64,000 nt of DNA, from assembly GCA_010015805.1 (NCBI GenBank), contig ML978135.1, positions 1 through 64,000 of the forward strand. The letters are read 5' to 3'. The notes beneath the pieces were generated by a model. The model made no database searches. It was not told the origin of the DNA and saw only the letters and a program-made list of their open reading frames with translations. The stretch's first letter is position 1. Every line of letters begins with the position of its first letter. The position numbers and the translations under genes are program-made. Positions 1 to 11,919 of this stretch are shown piece after piece. The DNA is from Rhizodiscina lignyota (lineage: Eukaryota).

Positions 1-74
1 TAAGGCATATTGTATGATTAGTCAGGCAGGAACCCCCACGTGGGCCAGAAATGGCCTAAAAGGGCGAATGAAAA

Positions 75-94
75 TCTCTCTCTCTCTCTCTCTC
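75..94. repeat. (TC)10 microsatellite
   Basis: Uninterrupted tctctc run read directly from the sequence. Confidence 0.9.
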
Positions 95-415
95 GTCCCA
101 TCCATTGATATTAGTCCCCTCAATCGGTCTTGTCTGCTCGATTTCAAACCTCGTCGACAAATTCGTCCGAGTATCGTGCTCAACTTGAATCGTTCCTGCC
201 AAGGCCAATGCCACATTGTCTCAACCGACTTAATTCCAAAATCCGACAACGGCTGCCAAATGAAGAGGGGTACGAAGACGAGAATGGAGAGGAGAATGAA
301 GTCTATAAAAGCCCCCAGTGATGGCACAAAGCTGTCTACATTCATTCCCTCAGGTCAAATCCATTAAATCAAGAGCCAAAACATCAAAGCGCTTCCCACA
401 TCCAACTACAACACA

Positions 416-1201
416 ATGGCAAAATTCGACGCTTCCAAGACAGTCGTCCTCATCACTGGAGCAAACATTGGTCTCGGCTACGCAGCAGCTCGACTCCTTG
501 TGCAAGACAATCCGAAATATCATGTCATAATCGGTAGTCGTTCTCTTGAACGAGGGCAGGCGGCCCTCGAAAAGCTGCAAGACTCAGTTAGCAACCTTCA
601 TCAAAATCAGCTGGACGTTGTCGAAATCGACATCACTAAAGACGATTCCATCACTGCCGCCGCGGCAGCAATCGAGAAGAGATATGGTCGTCTCGATGTT
701 CTGGTTAACAACGCTGCTATCGCGCTCTCGAGTGATTCCGGCAAATGGAAGAGCGAGGAGCTGCGCCTGGAGTATGTGACCAACTGCATTGGGCCGGCAA
801 TCACAACGCAGACGTTCGTTCCGCTCCTCCGCAAGTCCAAGGACCCGAGAATCATCTTTGTCACATCCGGTATGGGTTCTCTAAGAATAGCGTCTGTTAA
901 CGACAACCCATATTACTTCGTCCAGGCCGCGGGCTACCGCAGCACCAAATCCGCACTGAACATGATCATGGTCGAGACAAACAAGTGGCTTCAGGGTGAG
1001 GGTATGAAGGTCTGGGCTGTTTGTCCAGGCTGGTGTGCCACCACGTTCGGCAACGAAGATGCGGAGGCAAAGCTGAAAATGGGGGCGAAGACTCCAGAGC
1101 AGGGCGCAACAGCAATTACCGAGGTGATTGAAGGCAAGAGAGACGCAGACGTCGGGAAGGTGACACACAATGATGAGCCGGGTGGTACGAGGGCATGGTA
1201 A
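416..1201 (+). CDS. Short-chain dehydrogenase/reductase (classical SDR), 261 aa, intronless
   Basis: TGANIGLG Rossmann motif, LDVLVNNAA, catalytic YRSTK (YxxxK), VCPGWCAT. Confidence 0.93.
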   Translation: MAKFDASKTVVLITGANIGLGYAAARLLVQDNPKYHVIIGSRSLERGQAALEKLQDSVSNLHQNQLDVVEIDITKDDSITAAAAAIEKRYGRLDVLVNNAAIALSSDSGKWKSEELRLEYVTNCIGPAITTQTFVPLLRKSKDPRIIFVTSGMGSLRIASVNDNPYYFVQAAGYRSTKSALNMIMVETNKWLQGEGMKVWAVCPGWCATTFGNEDAEAKLKMGAKTPEQGATAITEVIEGKRDADVGKVTHNDEPGGTRAW

Positions 1202-2300
1202 ATGGTGATGCAGTAGGACCGAGAATCATGCATGGATGGACTGTTTCGCTAATGCCATCCGGAGAGTCGGAGTTTTACGATAGCACCAGGGCACTGATGC
1301 CAGAATGAAGTTAGCAAGAATCTATGATCAGTCATTAATCGAGCTTCAGATCATGTAACAAACGAATCCGCAATACTGCTCTTCCTACTTGCCTCAAATC
1401 CAATTCAACGGAAGTATGAAATATCCGGGCCAACGTGTTAGATTTTAGGGGCTTAAATGCCAAGAGGCAATGGACCGCCACGCTGCAATCACCCTGCAAG
1501 CCTTAAAGGCTTTGTATAACGATGGCCAGTATGGTGCGGGAGTATGATGTTTCGGGTGACTAATTACGATATTATGCTTCAGCAAGCTCATCGTACAGAT
1601 TTGTAGAGACAAGTGGAGATTGGTCCCTACTCTTCGCCGAGGATGGGACGTATCCGGACTCCCGGAGTGAAATTTTGCCGGATCGACGCGACGCCAACGT
1701 CCAGCGAAGTGTGTAATCCATCCTTTACCCTTCACAGAATATGCCGTACTGGACAATTCCAACTCATCTTGAGGCGAACCTCTTCGTATTGACGGCTTGT
1801 GCACTCTAACGACTTCTCAAAGTGCGAATCGCTGATGTGAGACTGAATAAGTGACATCACGTGTAAGAATTGCTCCCTTGGGCGCTCGCGCGAGCTGAAG
1901 GTGCTGCAGCATGGACGGGGCTTAGCAGGGTTGCGCCGTCGACAGTTGTGGGAGAGCAAGGGCTTGCGAACCATCAACCGACCTGATTACCTGTCTTTGT
2001 GCTTCGGTTTTGCCTCTGTAGACGTTAGCTCTGTCGATTCCTTCCCTATAATAAGAGGCTTGACGACCCGTCAAGCTGGCCGCACCATTTCGCATGTCTA
2101 GCTTCGCCTTTTCAGTCCCCTTCGCCTTATCCATCCTTCTGCCTGCGGCATTCTTTGTTCCTACTTTCCTGTGGATCTCTCTGCGCGCTTTACCTCGGGA
2201 GAATATCGTTCGAAAAAAAGTAGAAAGCCAGGTAGACGCGGCACTACTCAATTTCGAGGACCTGGTAGATTCATAAAGGGAGCTACAGAACGACTTCAAG

Positions 2301-4010
2301 ATGACGGCGGACATTGCGAAGATCAGCACAACTCCAGGTCATGCCATCCCGCCATTTCCGAGACATGCCATCACCACTCACCTGCCAACATGGCAGGCAG
2401 TGCTCGACTTCGCCGACCGAAAGCCGGAAATTATGACGATGTTCAAGTCAATGTACCCGCGCATGATGCTACACCGCGACGTCATTGAGCTTGCCGGAAG
2501 CGTTCTCAAGTTTGCAAAAGCCCCCGAGGGTCAAACATGTTTCCTTTACCCCAGTTTGGAGGCCGCTGAGTCCCAAGTGAAGTTTTCTACGGATCCGAGA
2601 CGGAAAGAGGCGATGCTTAAGAAAGAAGATTTGAACTTGCGGGTGTTTGACATCGACGTCCGCTATTATGCCGTTTTCTTTGATGCCAAAAAGACGCCAA
2701 TGACGATGCCGTTTTGGACGAATGCCGGCATTGGAGTGTCGTCTCGAATGGCGGAGCAATCTTTGCAGCACATAGACCAGCTGAAGGAAGTGTCTCTTTC
2801 GTCTGTTTTCAGCGCGCCGCCTCCTGCAAACGGACAGCCGAAGGAATCGTCGGCCGAATACAAGACCCAAGAGAGAATAGCCTCTCTCCTCGAACGAGCC
2901 CCTGTTGGCGGAGCCCGAGACATAAAGGTCAAGGCAGACGATGTTTATTTCTTCCAGACCGGTATGGCAGCCATCTGGTGGGTACATGAGTACCTAATTG
3001 GCGCGAGAAATGGAACGTCAATTCTATATGGCTATGCATTCCACAGCACCCCACACGTTCTCGAGGACTTTGGACCTGCATACAAACTGTTTGGAAACGG
3101 GTCAACCGAAGAGCTGGATGAGCTAGAGTCGTTCCTTGAGACGGAGAAAAAGGAAGGTCGGAAGGTTCAAGCGATTTGGGCAGAATTTCCGGCGAACCCC
3201 ATGCTCACTATCCCGGACCTCTCTCGTCTTCGGAAGCTCGCTGATACCTATGACGTGGTTTTATGTGTAGACGACACTGTTGGCTCTTTCTGCAACGTCG
3301 ATGTCATGGGTGCAGACGGTGCAGATATTGTGCTCACATCATTAACGAAATCGTTCTCTGGATACGCAGACGTCATGGGCGGTAGCGCCGTCCTCAACCC
3401 TCTTACCAAGAGCTACTCAGAGTTGAAAGAGGTCTTCACTAAGCGCTACCATAATGACGTCTGTCCGCTTGATCTTGAGGCACTTGAACACAATAGCCGG
3501 GACTACCTGGAACGCTCCAAGGCTTTCAATTACAAGGCGGAATTCCTTGTGAACTGGCTTGAGAAGAAAGCCAAGGACCCGAACAGCGCTGTCAAGGAAG
3601 TCATGTATCCATCCTGCCACCCTCAACGTCCAAACTACGATGCGCGAAAACGGCCCACTACAGCGGAGTTCGAGGCTGGCTATGGCTGCCTCTTCAGCGT
3701 CGAGTTTGACAACGTGCCTGAAACAATTGCGTTCTACGACACAATGAGCAAGTACATTCACATTGGCCCACATTTGGGAGCTCACAGAACGCTTGTGCTG
3801 TGCTATGTGAAGGCGATTTACGCGAAAGGGCTTGACCACGTGGCGCCGTTCGGGCTGCACGAGACTGCGATCAGAGTCAGTGTAGGGTCCGAAGATGATC
3901 CGGAGCAGCTGTTGGAAGTCTTCAAGATAGCGGTTGCGGAGGCCGATGCTCTGAAGGCGAAGAGCGAAGACGCAGAGAAGGCGCCGACTGCGGTGGCGAG
4001 TGTGAGCTGA
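2301..4010 (+). CDS. Cystathionine gamma-synthase-like PLP-dependent enzyme (Cys/Met metabolism family), 569 aa, intronless
   Basis: TGMAAI, EFPANPML, VDDTVGSF, TSLTKSFSGYADVMGGS (PLP lysine), GYGCLFS, GPHLG, IRVSVG. Confidence 0.88.
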   Translation: MTADIAKISTTPGHAIPPFPRHAITTHLPTWQAVLDFADRKPEIMTMFKSMYPRMMLHRDVIELAGSVLKFAKAPEGQTCFLYPSLEAAESQVKFSTDPRRKEAMLKKEDLNLRVFDIDVRYYAVFFDAKKTPMTMPFWTNAGIGVSSRMAEQSLQHIDQLKEVSLSSVFSAPPPANGQPKESSAEYKTQERIASLLERAPVGGARDIKVKADDVYFFQTGMAAIWWVHEYLIGARNGTSILYGYAFHSTPHVLEDFGPAYKLFGNGSTEELDELESFLETEKKEGRKVQAIWAEFPANPMLTIPDLSRLRKLADTYDVVLCVDDTVGSFCNVDVMGADGADIVLTSLTKSFSGYADVMGGSAVLNPLTKSYSELKEVFTKRYHNDVCPLDLEALEHNSRDYLERSKAFNYKAEFLVNWLEKKAKDPNSAVKEVMYPSCHPQRPNYDARKRPTTAEFEAGYGCLFSVEFDNVPETIAFYDTMSKYIHIGPHLGAHRTLVLCYVKAIYAKGLDHVAPFGLHETAIRVSVGSEDDPEQLLEVFKIAVAEADALKAKSEDAEKAPTAVASVS

Positions 4011-4601
4011 AAGCCGACAGTTGTTAACGTACGGCACGTGAAAATGATCGGGTTCAAATGTCCATGTTCAGGACCAGGGTTCTACTGCGTGTGGAGGTTG
4101 TGTTCAATCATACCAGGATCGTGGTCAATCCCTTTGCACGGACTTGTGAACTTGTATAGATTACTAGCGCAACACAAATGCGATGTAAAGCGTCCAATAC
4201 CTGGAAACATGCCTAATTTGCACGAACTGCATCGTTAAAGTAAAGCCCACTGTTTATGTATGTACGATTCGGTCTCGGTCTTTGTCTCAAACACCCAGAT
4301 TCACTTGATTACAGATGTCGCATTCACCCATAGCACCGTAGGATCATACTTACAAGAGTACTCGGAGGGCATTGTCGAAGACCGAATTTCGTGAGTGTAT
4401 GCAGGCATGTATTTAAAGTAAAGTATCTGGGGTTATACGCAAGGTAGCACGCAGGTCTCTGCCAATTTGAGCATGATGTGAACGGTCAAGTGGAATGCTG
4501 CGTTCGAGTGACTTGTCACACGCCTTTACTGTTTCGGAAGATGATAAGCTAGTCCCTTGATAGTGACTTTCCAAAATCTTACATAGGACAACTCTCATAC
4601 C

Positions 4602-5645
4602 TCAGAATATCGCCAGCACATTTGGGGGACTGGTTCTCCATTAGCAGACTGTAATCCCAAGTTTTGACTCCAAGAGTACTCACCTCGCAGCACCCCCTAT
4701 GACGTTGCACGGCTCGCTCACCAGGAAGAACGTGTACCTGCCCATCTCCTTGCAATGCGACGCCAATTCTTCAAGGTGGAAGAACTCGCCGAGGGGCATG
4801 CCCCAACCGGCAAGGAGGACCTCGTGAAGCGAGAAGGGCCCGCCTTGCTTCGGGAAGCACTCAACAGCAGGCTGATCCGATCCTACACACGCAAACCGGT
4901 TCTCCCAAAGGAACTTCAGCATCTCTTCGCTTTGCTCGAGCCCCGCAAACTTCCAGTCCGTGTCAGTCGTGATGCTCATCTTCTGCTCGCTGCTCAGCGC
5001 TTCGAACTTCTCAAAGAGGCCTGCGCGGTAGAGCAAGATGTCGCCCGGCTGAAATTCGATACCCTGGAACTTGGCTACCTCGTGCAAATCCTGCGCCGAG
5101 ATGCCAATGCCCTTGAACGGATCGAAATCGGCAAACTTTGCAGGCTTCGTCTCTAGCCTCCATCGGTGGAAATCGAGCAAGACTCCCCTTCCTACAATCC
5201 CACGCTTCGCCATATTATGGATGCCATTGACACTACCTGCGCCCTCTCCCAGAATCTGCTCCTCAGTGACGCCGTTGTAAAACAGCCGCTCCTTGTGGTA
5301 GCCAGCATGCCGCAGGCCGTCCCACTGGCTGCTAGACTGGCTGTTGAAAGTCCAGACATCGTCGATGCCGATGCGCGGCGGGTCACGAGCGTAGATGTTC
5401 AAATGGAACGTCTGCCTTTTGAAGAAAGGAACAACCGACTTTCCATCGAGCGCGTTAAGGGCCCAGTTCAGGGAAATGCGGTGGCCCGAGCGAATTTCCG
5501 AGGCGGCGGAGGCGACAATGTCGTCCTTAAGGTGGTTAAGAGTGCCGAGCTCATCATTTGGCCCGTATAGACCCCAGGCGGAGTAGTATGGGTCTGATTT
5601 CCGGAGCGGCAGAGCAGAGAACGGGGGGTGGGTGGAGCTAGACAT
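4602..5645 (-). CDS. Cyclase-family (kynurenine formamidase-like) metal-dependent hydrolase; one intron 4630-4683
   Basis: AWGLYG..DELGTLN, QSSSQWDGLRH, GIVGRGVLLD, LHEVLLAGWGMPLGE. Splicing the GTGAGT..GCTAAT..CAG intron restores the typical C-terminus ASPPNVLAIF*. ATG at 5645. Confidence 0.88.
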
Positions 5646-7279
5646 GGCCACTTTCCAGGCGTTTTCTCGAAGCCGTCGAATCAGCGTAATGGAGCGCTAT
5701 CAGAGTGATACAAATTCGTCGAAATCATCCCATGCTCTTGTCCAGGTCACCACGTTTGATGCCTCGCCGGCAAAGCTCGGTCCATAACCGCGGGGGACTT
5801 GCACTGTTCATCAAGTGCCGGTAAGCGGGGAGTTTCTGCCAGGGATGCAATATTGAATGATCTCCTCACTCACTTGCCGCAACGCATTATGCCATCACTG
5901 TTGCGCTTTTGGGGTTGTTTCCATGTCAGCCCTGAGAATACAGCAGGCATGCTCGGAAAGGATTCTACATCGCGGATATGGCTGTCCGTTTAGTGTGCTT
6001 GCTTTATCTTGATGTCATCCTGCCCTGGGCCAGTGCTCTCGCTTGCTACCGACAGCTTGGTAGCCGTCGATCTTTGTGGCTCACTTAAAGCGATCACTTT
6101 CGCTTTCGCTCGCCCATGTCGATATCGGATCATCACAACAAAGGGGAGTGAGAGGTGCTGTTCTCACATCCTGGACTCCGTAGACCCTGTACATACACAT
6201 CGTCTTTCAGCATGTCCGATGCGTTTGGCCTTGGAAAGCACCGATTTACCTCGCAAGCTGTGGACAGGCGTCGCTTTCCCGCCCTCAGGCTGTCGTTTCG
6301 GCCAGTCCCGAGCCACCAGGTTGCTGCTTCCTTCGGCTTCCCCGCGCGAGTGCGGTGGTGTCGAAGGCAGGATGAAGATTCAAGAAGCGGCAGATTGATT
6401 TAGAAACGTCTTCGTCTCGCTTGATTTCTTCTAGACCGCCAAATCTACGCCATCGCGCATTTTTCTTCTGTCAAACCCACGTGGCGATCAACCATTTTCA
6501 CCCTCTCCACATCGCGACGGCTGGCCTGTGCCGTGCTGAGTTTTATTGATGGCGTCGGCTCTCCGCCAATCTTCATCATTCCCTGCCCTTTTCTGCCCTG
6601 ATCTCCGCCTATCGCTGCTTCGGTTCCACTCCTTTTCCATCAATCGGCGCACATCAGCCCACACGTAATCGTGGACGAGCTGAAGACAACGCGATTCCAC
6701 TGGCGTCCCACAGAAGCGAGAAGAAACGCGCCGTCCTACCTTCACCAACGCACAGCGGCTCCACGTATGCGCGGACATGAGGCTTCCACGCGAGAAAACA
6801 AGCTGGGCAATGGCCAACGCGCCGAACATGCAGTCTGCAGCATCCCACGCACCAGTCAGCTTCATCGAAGCTCCTTTCTAGCGCCATCATGCCCGGAAAC
6901 AGACTTATCGTGCAACCCTGCGCGCTCCCGATTTGATCAAGATTGCACCCCTTCTCGGCGGGTGAACACGAGTAATGCTCCGGGTTCAGCGGCGCCATCA
7001 ACGCGCCGGCCGTGTCTTGGTCGTTGTGTGTATAATATCCACGTGTTGCACCTGCCGTAATTGCTGGTGGTTGACCCAGCCATTTGAACGTAGTAGGATG
7101 TGATATGACATGATCCTCGGTTGCCCAACCGTATAGCGCCATCTCCTATTTCGCGCTTATAGGTGTGGCGAGGACGATTTCTTCCTCTCTCGCTTTTGTT
7201 GCGCTCTACACTCTTTAATTCTTTTAATTGTGGAAGCTCTTGGCCGTCTGGGTCGCGCGTTGCTTCCCAATTCGCCATC

Positions 7280-8849
7280 ATGTCGATCCTCTTCTACAAA
7301 CGACCCGACTATATCACAAAGCCGGACGGGCCTCTCAACAAGACCGAATGCCAACGCTACGTTGAGAAATACAAACATCTCCAAGGCAGGACGCCACCAG
7401 AATTGAGCTTCGAAAATGTCATTGAGGGTAGAGCTCTTCCAGTACGTTGGCCATTTCGGGTCTCCACCATAGCTGCGATGTAGGATCCTTGTGCTGACTT
7501 GCAGTAGCCATGCACGCTCAGCGACTTCATGGATTACCTCGTCTACGTTGAGCGCAACGCCGAAAACCTGCAGTTCTACCTCTGGCTGCGTGACTACACC
7601 AGGCGCTTCGAGGCTCTGAAGCCTGAGGAGCAGGCATTGTCACCTGTATGGAACGTAGAAGAGGGGGTAGCACCAGATGGTCTCCCTGTAAGGTCAAGCA
7701 GGAATCCGTCGGTGTACGAAAGGGAGATAGACTTCGATGGCACACGGCCAGGTACAAGGAACGGCCGGGGGCATGAGAGCAATGCAAGTGTGTCGGATGT
7801 GGCATCGTTCATGTCGAAATCAACGCAAGGCCCTATGACTATCAAGAACATGGAGACGATATCAGAAGACGCAAACAGCAATGTCGGGCTGAAGTGGCAG
7901 GGCTGTACGTCTATGCGCATCTTCCAGCCGCGGTTGCCTTTCGAGAGGTTGAAGCTAACGAATATCTCCAGTTTCATGCCAGCCCTTCCGCGCTGAGATC
8001 ACGCGAGTAATCGCCCACTATATTGCCCCAGAGAGTCCTCGAGAGCTCAACTTGTCGCACCGTGATCGCGGCGCCGTCTTACACGCCCTCCAGCATACCA
8101 CGCACCCCTCCGCACTCGCTTCAGTTAAAACTCTCGTCGAAGCCGTGCTGAAGGGCCAAGCCCACCCCAACTTCGTCCGATGGTCCGTCTGCAATGGCAA
8201 CAAACCGAAGGTACTCTTCGTCCGCACCATGGGCACAACAATGATCTTGCTGGCGCTGATAGCAATGATACTGTTGATCCTAAGCAGGGCGCCGAGGTGG
8301 TGGCGCATAACGCCATGCGCGTTGCTGTGGTTGGGCATCACGAACCTCGTCGCGAGCAAGAAGGGGATGTGCATGATCCTCACGCTAAATCACCAGCGAG
8401 ACCTCAAGCCTTGGGAACTCGACGCCGATCCCGCTAGCACATTCGGCATTATCTGCAAACCCATGATCGGTGGCTCAACGGCCTCGAGCAAGGGCGCCAA
8501 GAGTGTTCACTCCGAATCCGAATCGACATCGGAGCTGCGTCAGCCGGACTATCATCCGGACGAAGAGGCAGCTATTGAGGGAGCACTATCGACTCATGAC
8601 GAGAAGACAAAACACTGGACACTCGACTCCTTTGGTACGACAAATGAGTGGGACCAAGAAGAGTGGGTAAACCGGTACACAAAGCGGCCATTGCTGAAGC
8701 GCGCGTTCCCGGGGTCAACATGGGTGCAAGCGGAGGGTATAAGGCAACTACAGTCGAAGATTGTGAGAGAGAGTCAACTGTGGGGCTTGGCACTGACGAT
8801 AATAATCGTTACGGGGTTTACAGCGATTCCGAACGGAAACTTCTTCTAA
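7280..8849 (+). CDS. RGS-domain protein with C-terminal transmembrane segments; introns 7442-7507 and 7905-7971
   Basis: Spliced frame reads LSFENVI..LP|PCTLSDFMDYLVYVERNAENLQFYLW..QPFRAEI..HYIAPESPRELNLS..HTTHPSA, followed by hydrophobic helices; canonical splice and branch signals. Confidence 0.85.
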
Positions 8850-9177
8850 TCCAGCCTTTTTCATATTCGGTGGTTTGGTATTTGGGGCTTTAATGAGAGA
8901 TGACGGATATCCAATGGGTTTGTTTGCATAGGATGGAATTTGCTCGCCGGGCGTTGCTGGTGAATCCCTAAAGCGCTTTGGGAGCTACGCATTTGGGGGC
9001 TTAAGATTGGTGATATACCCGGCATCCTGTTCAAGGCTTTTGGCGGCTATTTGCGGTGGTCGAGATAATGTATTGAGAGACTGCCTGTATAACAGTTCAA
9101 TCAAAAGTATTATGTATAAGAACCGTACAGTCTGAATACATGGTTACAGTGGAACCTGGAAGATAGCCCCACAAGAG

Positions 9178-11241
9178 CTACCAATGCTTCACGTCACTGT
9201 TCCTGAATGTGACCCAGTCAACTTCCATCCAAGATCGCAATCTTTCTTGCTCGGCACAGACATGAAGTACAGCATTGGCTTCGCGGAGCCATTTTGCCTT
9301 CCTATCCCTTCGTCCAATTTTTCGTGATAGTGTTACTTCATTGTCGCTTGAATCGCTACTGCAATTCTCACTATCAGAGACCTTAACCCATTGCTGCTGT
9401 TGGCAGAAGCCTTGGAGATACTCGGATCTCATAGTGCTCGCAGCTCTCAGGGCGTGTTGCTGACGCAACTTTGCAGCACGATGCTGGCGGGCTAGCCTCT
9501 CGCATAGTGTATTGTACCATCCAGGCGGAGATGAAGCGCGAGAACTCTTGCAGCTATGCATAGAAGCTTCTCTGCAAGAGGCCACTACAATCGGATTTGT
9601 TTCATCTGGTACCTCAAAGTCGTCGGCGGCCAAAAGGTCTGTACTCGATGACGGATCGTCCACTTGGCTATTCACAATGCCACTATCAAGAATTGGGCGT
9701 GAGGCCACGTCGTCGATAATCTGACATTGTCGAGTTGGATTCTGAGTTGATGGCGGAGGTCTCTCATAGACTGGAGAAGTAAATTCTTTGTACCCTGGTA
9801 GATTGAAATCATGATGGGCTTCTTCCGTCTCTGTACCTGCGTAAGATCGACTCTCCCCTCTTGGAATTTCCTCACTGTTTTCATCTGCGTCGAATGGCGT
9901 CTCATTATTCAATGCCGACTCGTCAGCGCCAGATTCAGCCCAGGCCTCGAGCAGAACATGATTATCTGAGCTGTTGAATTTCTGCTGGGTTGTCGGGACT
10001 CTGATTTCCGGTATGTCGAATTCCGAAGTAAGAGCAGCCATTGCATCCTCAACACTGCGGGTCTCGTCCATCTCGTCGTCTTCACTGCTATCCGAAGATA
10101 TGATGATAGGGTCGTCAATTGCCGAGGTTGGCTTGGTGAACCGTCGCGCTGGATTTTTAGGGGCAGTCCGGGTCAGCTTTAGTTTTCTCGGTAAAGCCCA
10201 ATCTCGAAGTGAGGTGAATCTTGAATGCCTTCTCGGCGACCACTTTCTCGGAATGAACGCTGTCGCCGAGATACGAGAGCGATATAATTTAGATACTCCA
10301 GTGGGCGAAACAGATGATCTCGACCTGGGAGCTGATCTAGACCCGGCGATCGTCTTATGCCGTTCCAACTTTGTCGCACGATGGCCAGGATATGACTTTC
10401 TTGAAGGCGCTTTAATGATCCTGGTGGCCGGGAAATCTGGACAAGGCGTTGAGTGTACTGAAGTAATATCATTTGAGAAAACCGGAAGAGAGCTTGTTGT
10501 ATGATGCGTTGGGTTACGGAAGATAGTCCCAGAGTTCGACATTATTGCATTGGAGCGATTGAAGTCTTCTGTCGTTTCAATGCTTTCGATAGATATGTAT
10601 TCATTGTCTGAATTTTCAATCGTTGGATGACGATGACCAGCTCCTCTGGCGGGATGGAATCCGTGTGACTGGATTGGCGGAGATGAAGCTATCAACTGAC
10701 TGTCAATCCGGGTAACTCTCGTCAAGTCAAGCGACATGAGACAGGCAGCATCTGTATGAGGCGGAGTGGGTAGTGTCACTGGGACAACGGACAGCTGATT
10801 CCTGTTAATCCGCCCAAATTGTTTGTCTGCTGCCGGTCCGCATGAAGCTGGGACTAGTACGACAGCTTGATTTTCTTTCTCGCCACTATCAACAGAGAGA
10901 GACATCGGCTGTAAAGAGCATTCTGGCCGCGCATTGAAGTGTCGATCGATTCCTGTTTGAATCGCGCGAATCCGGCGCTCTTGTGGAGCGACGTCGTGAA
11001 AGAATTCTTCCACGCAGAAGTTCAAGTCGATATCGCCATCGTTCCATTGAAGCCTTTCGATGACGTGATTGAAACCAGTGGCATCACAAGCGTAGTATTT
11101 GCTGCAGAAATCCTCGGCTTCTTTCAATACGTCCTTGAACAAGCATTTTGGCTCCACCATGAGATAGAACTTGCGGTCATCCAAGCCGCCTTCATCTCTG
11201 CCATGAAGCGGCAGGACGTGAACTAGTAGTCGCAATTTCAT
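9178..11241 (-). CDS. Hypothetical 687-aa protein, mostly low-complexity; N-terminus loosely resembles the Net1/Dnt1 Cdc14-binding domain
   Basis: Long open ATG-initiated ORF; globular-looking first ~100 aa (MKLRLLVHVLP..) then S/P/R-rich and acidic tracts. Family call is tentative. Confidence 0.6.
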   Translation of the reverse strand: MKLRLLVHVLPLHGRDEGGLDDRKFYLMVEPKCLFKDVLKEAEDFCSKYYACDATGFNHVIERLQWNDGDIDLNFCVEEFFHDVAPQERRIRAIQTGIDRHFNARPECSLQPMSLSVDSGEKENQAVVLVPASCGPAADKQFGRINRNQLSVVPVTLPTPPHTDAACLMSLDLTRVTRIDSQLIASSPPIQSHGFHPARGAGHRHPTIENSDNEYISIESIETTEDFNRSNAIMSNSGTIFRNPTHHTTSSLPVFSNDITSVHSTPCPDFPATRIIKAPSRKSYPGHRATKLERHKTIAGSRSAPRSRSSVSPTGVSKLYRSRISATAFIPRKWSPRRHSRFTSLRDWALPRKLKLTRTAPKNPARRFTKPTSAIDDPIIISSDSSEDDEMDETRSVEDAMAALTSEFDIPEIRVPTTQQKFNSSDNHVLLEAWAESGADESALNNETPFDADENSEEIPRGESRSYAGTETEEAHHDFNLPGYKEFTSPVYERPPPSTQNPTRQCQIIDDVASRPILDSGIVNSQVDDPSSSTDLLAADDFEVPDETNPIVVASCREASMHSCKSSRASSPPGWYNTLCERLARQHRAAKLRQQHALRAASTMRSEYLQGFCQQQQWVKVSDSENCSSDSSDNEVTLSRKIGRRDRKAKWLREANAVLHVCAEQERLRSWMEVDWVTFRNSDVKHW

Positions 11242-11272
11242 GGTACTTGATAAATGAGTAGTCGGCTAATTA

Positions 11273-11501
11273 ACGCGACGAACAGGAGCATGAGAGAATC
11301 TGGACACGTCGTGGACCTGACGAGTAGAAACGAACGGCGCGAGAATGCGGTGAACATAATAAGCGACTTGGGAGATGCTCCAAAGTACACAAATTAGACA
11401 AATCAGCGCATGAAAAACATTTAGACTTGAACAAAAGCGATCGATAGAGTTGGAAGAGTTTCAGTGACGCGTGAGGAGGAAGAGCACGCGTCAAACACGC
11501 G
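11273..11501. promoter_or_regulatory. Cluster of MCB-like boxes (ACGCGT/ACGCG) in a divergent promoter
   Basis: ACGCGT at 11467-11472 and 11486-11491; ACGCG at 11273-11277 and 11497-11501. Confidence 0.45.
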
Positions 11502-11919
11502 CTGACCGAACGGGCGTCAGCCCCATGGGCCCATGATGGTCTTTGCTTTCGATCTCGCTTTCCGCACGCCATCTCCTTCTCTTGCACTTTGCAACTGATG
11601 AACTGATCACTCGTAGTCAGGACTTTGGGCCGTAACCGAATGAGGAAGCTAGTCAAGAGAAGAGAAGCCTTATCGGCGTTGTGAGCGCTCAAAGTCGTGT
11701 CACTCAAGCTAACCCCCGCTCCGGCAAAGCACGTTTTGGGACGGAAAAAGATCTTATAAATTACAAATTACTAGAAGTCATGTACCTGCATTCTCAACAC
11801 GTTCCTTCGATTGTGTCTCGTTAGACTCAGATTTCAACTCTATCTGAGGCCTTTCCATTTCATTGCCGCAGGGCCAATTCCCTTTCATCAGATTGAGCTT
11901 ACAAGACCAATACTCAATC

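Noticed and set aside
14..367. Short ORFs at the window start
   Set aside because: They run through the TC microsatellite, show no recognisable motif and occupy the SDR promoter.
5799..7281. ORFs of 100-160 aa between the cyclase and RGS genes
   Set aside because: Overlapping on both strands with no domain signal; best explained as divergent promoter and 5' UTR.
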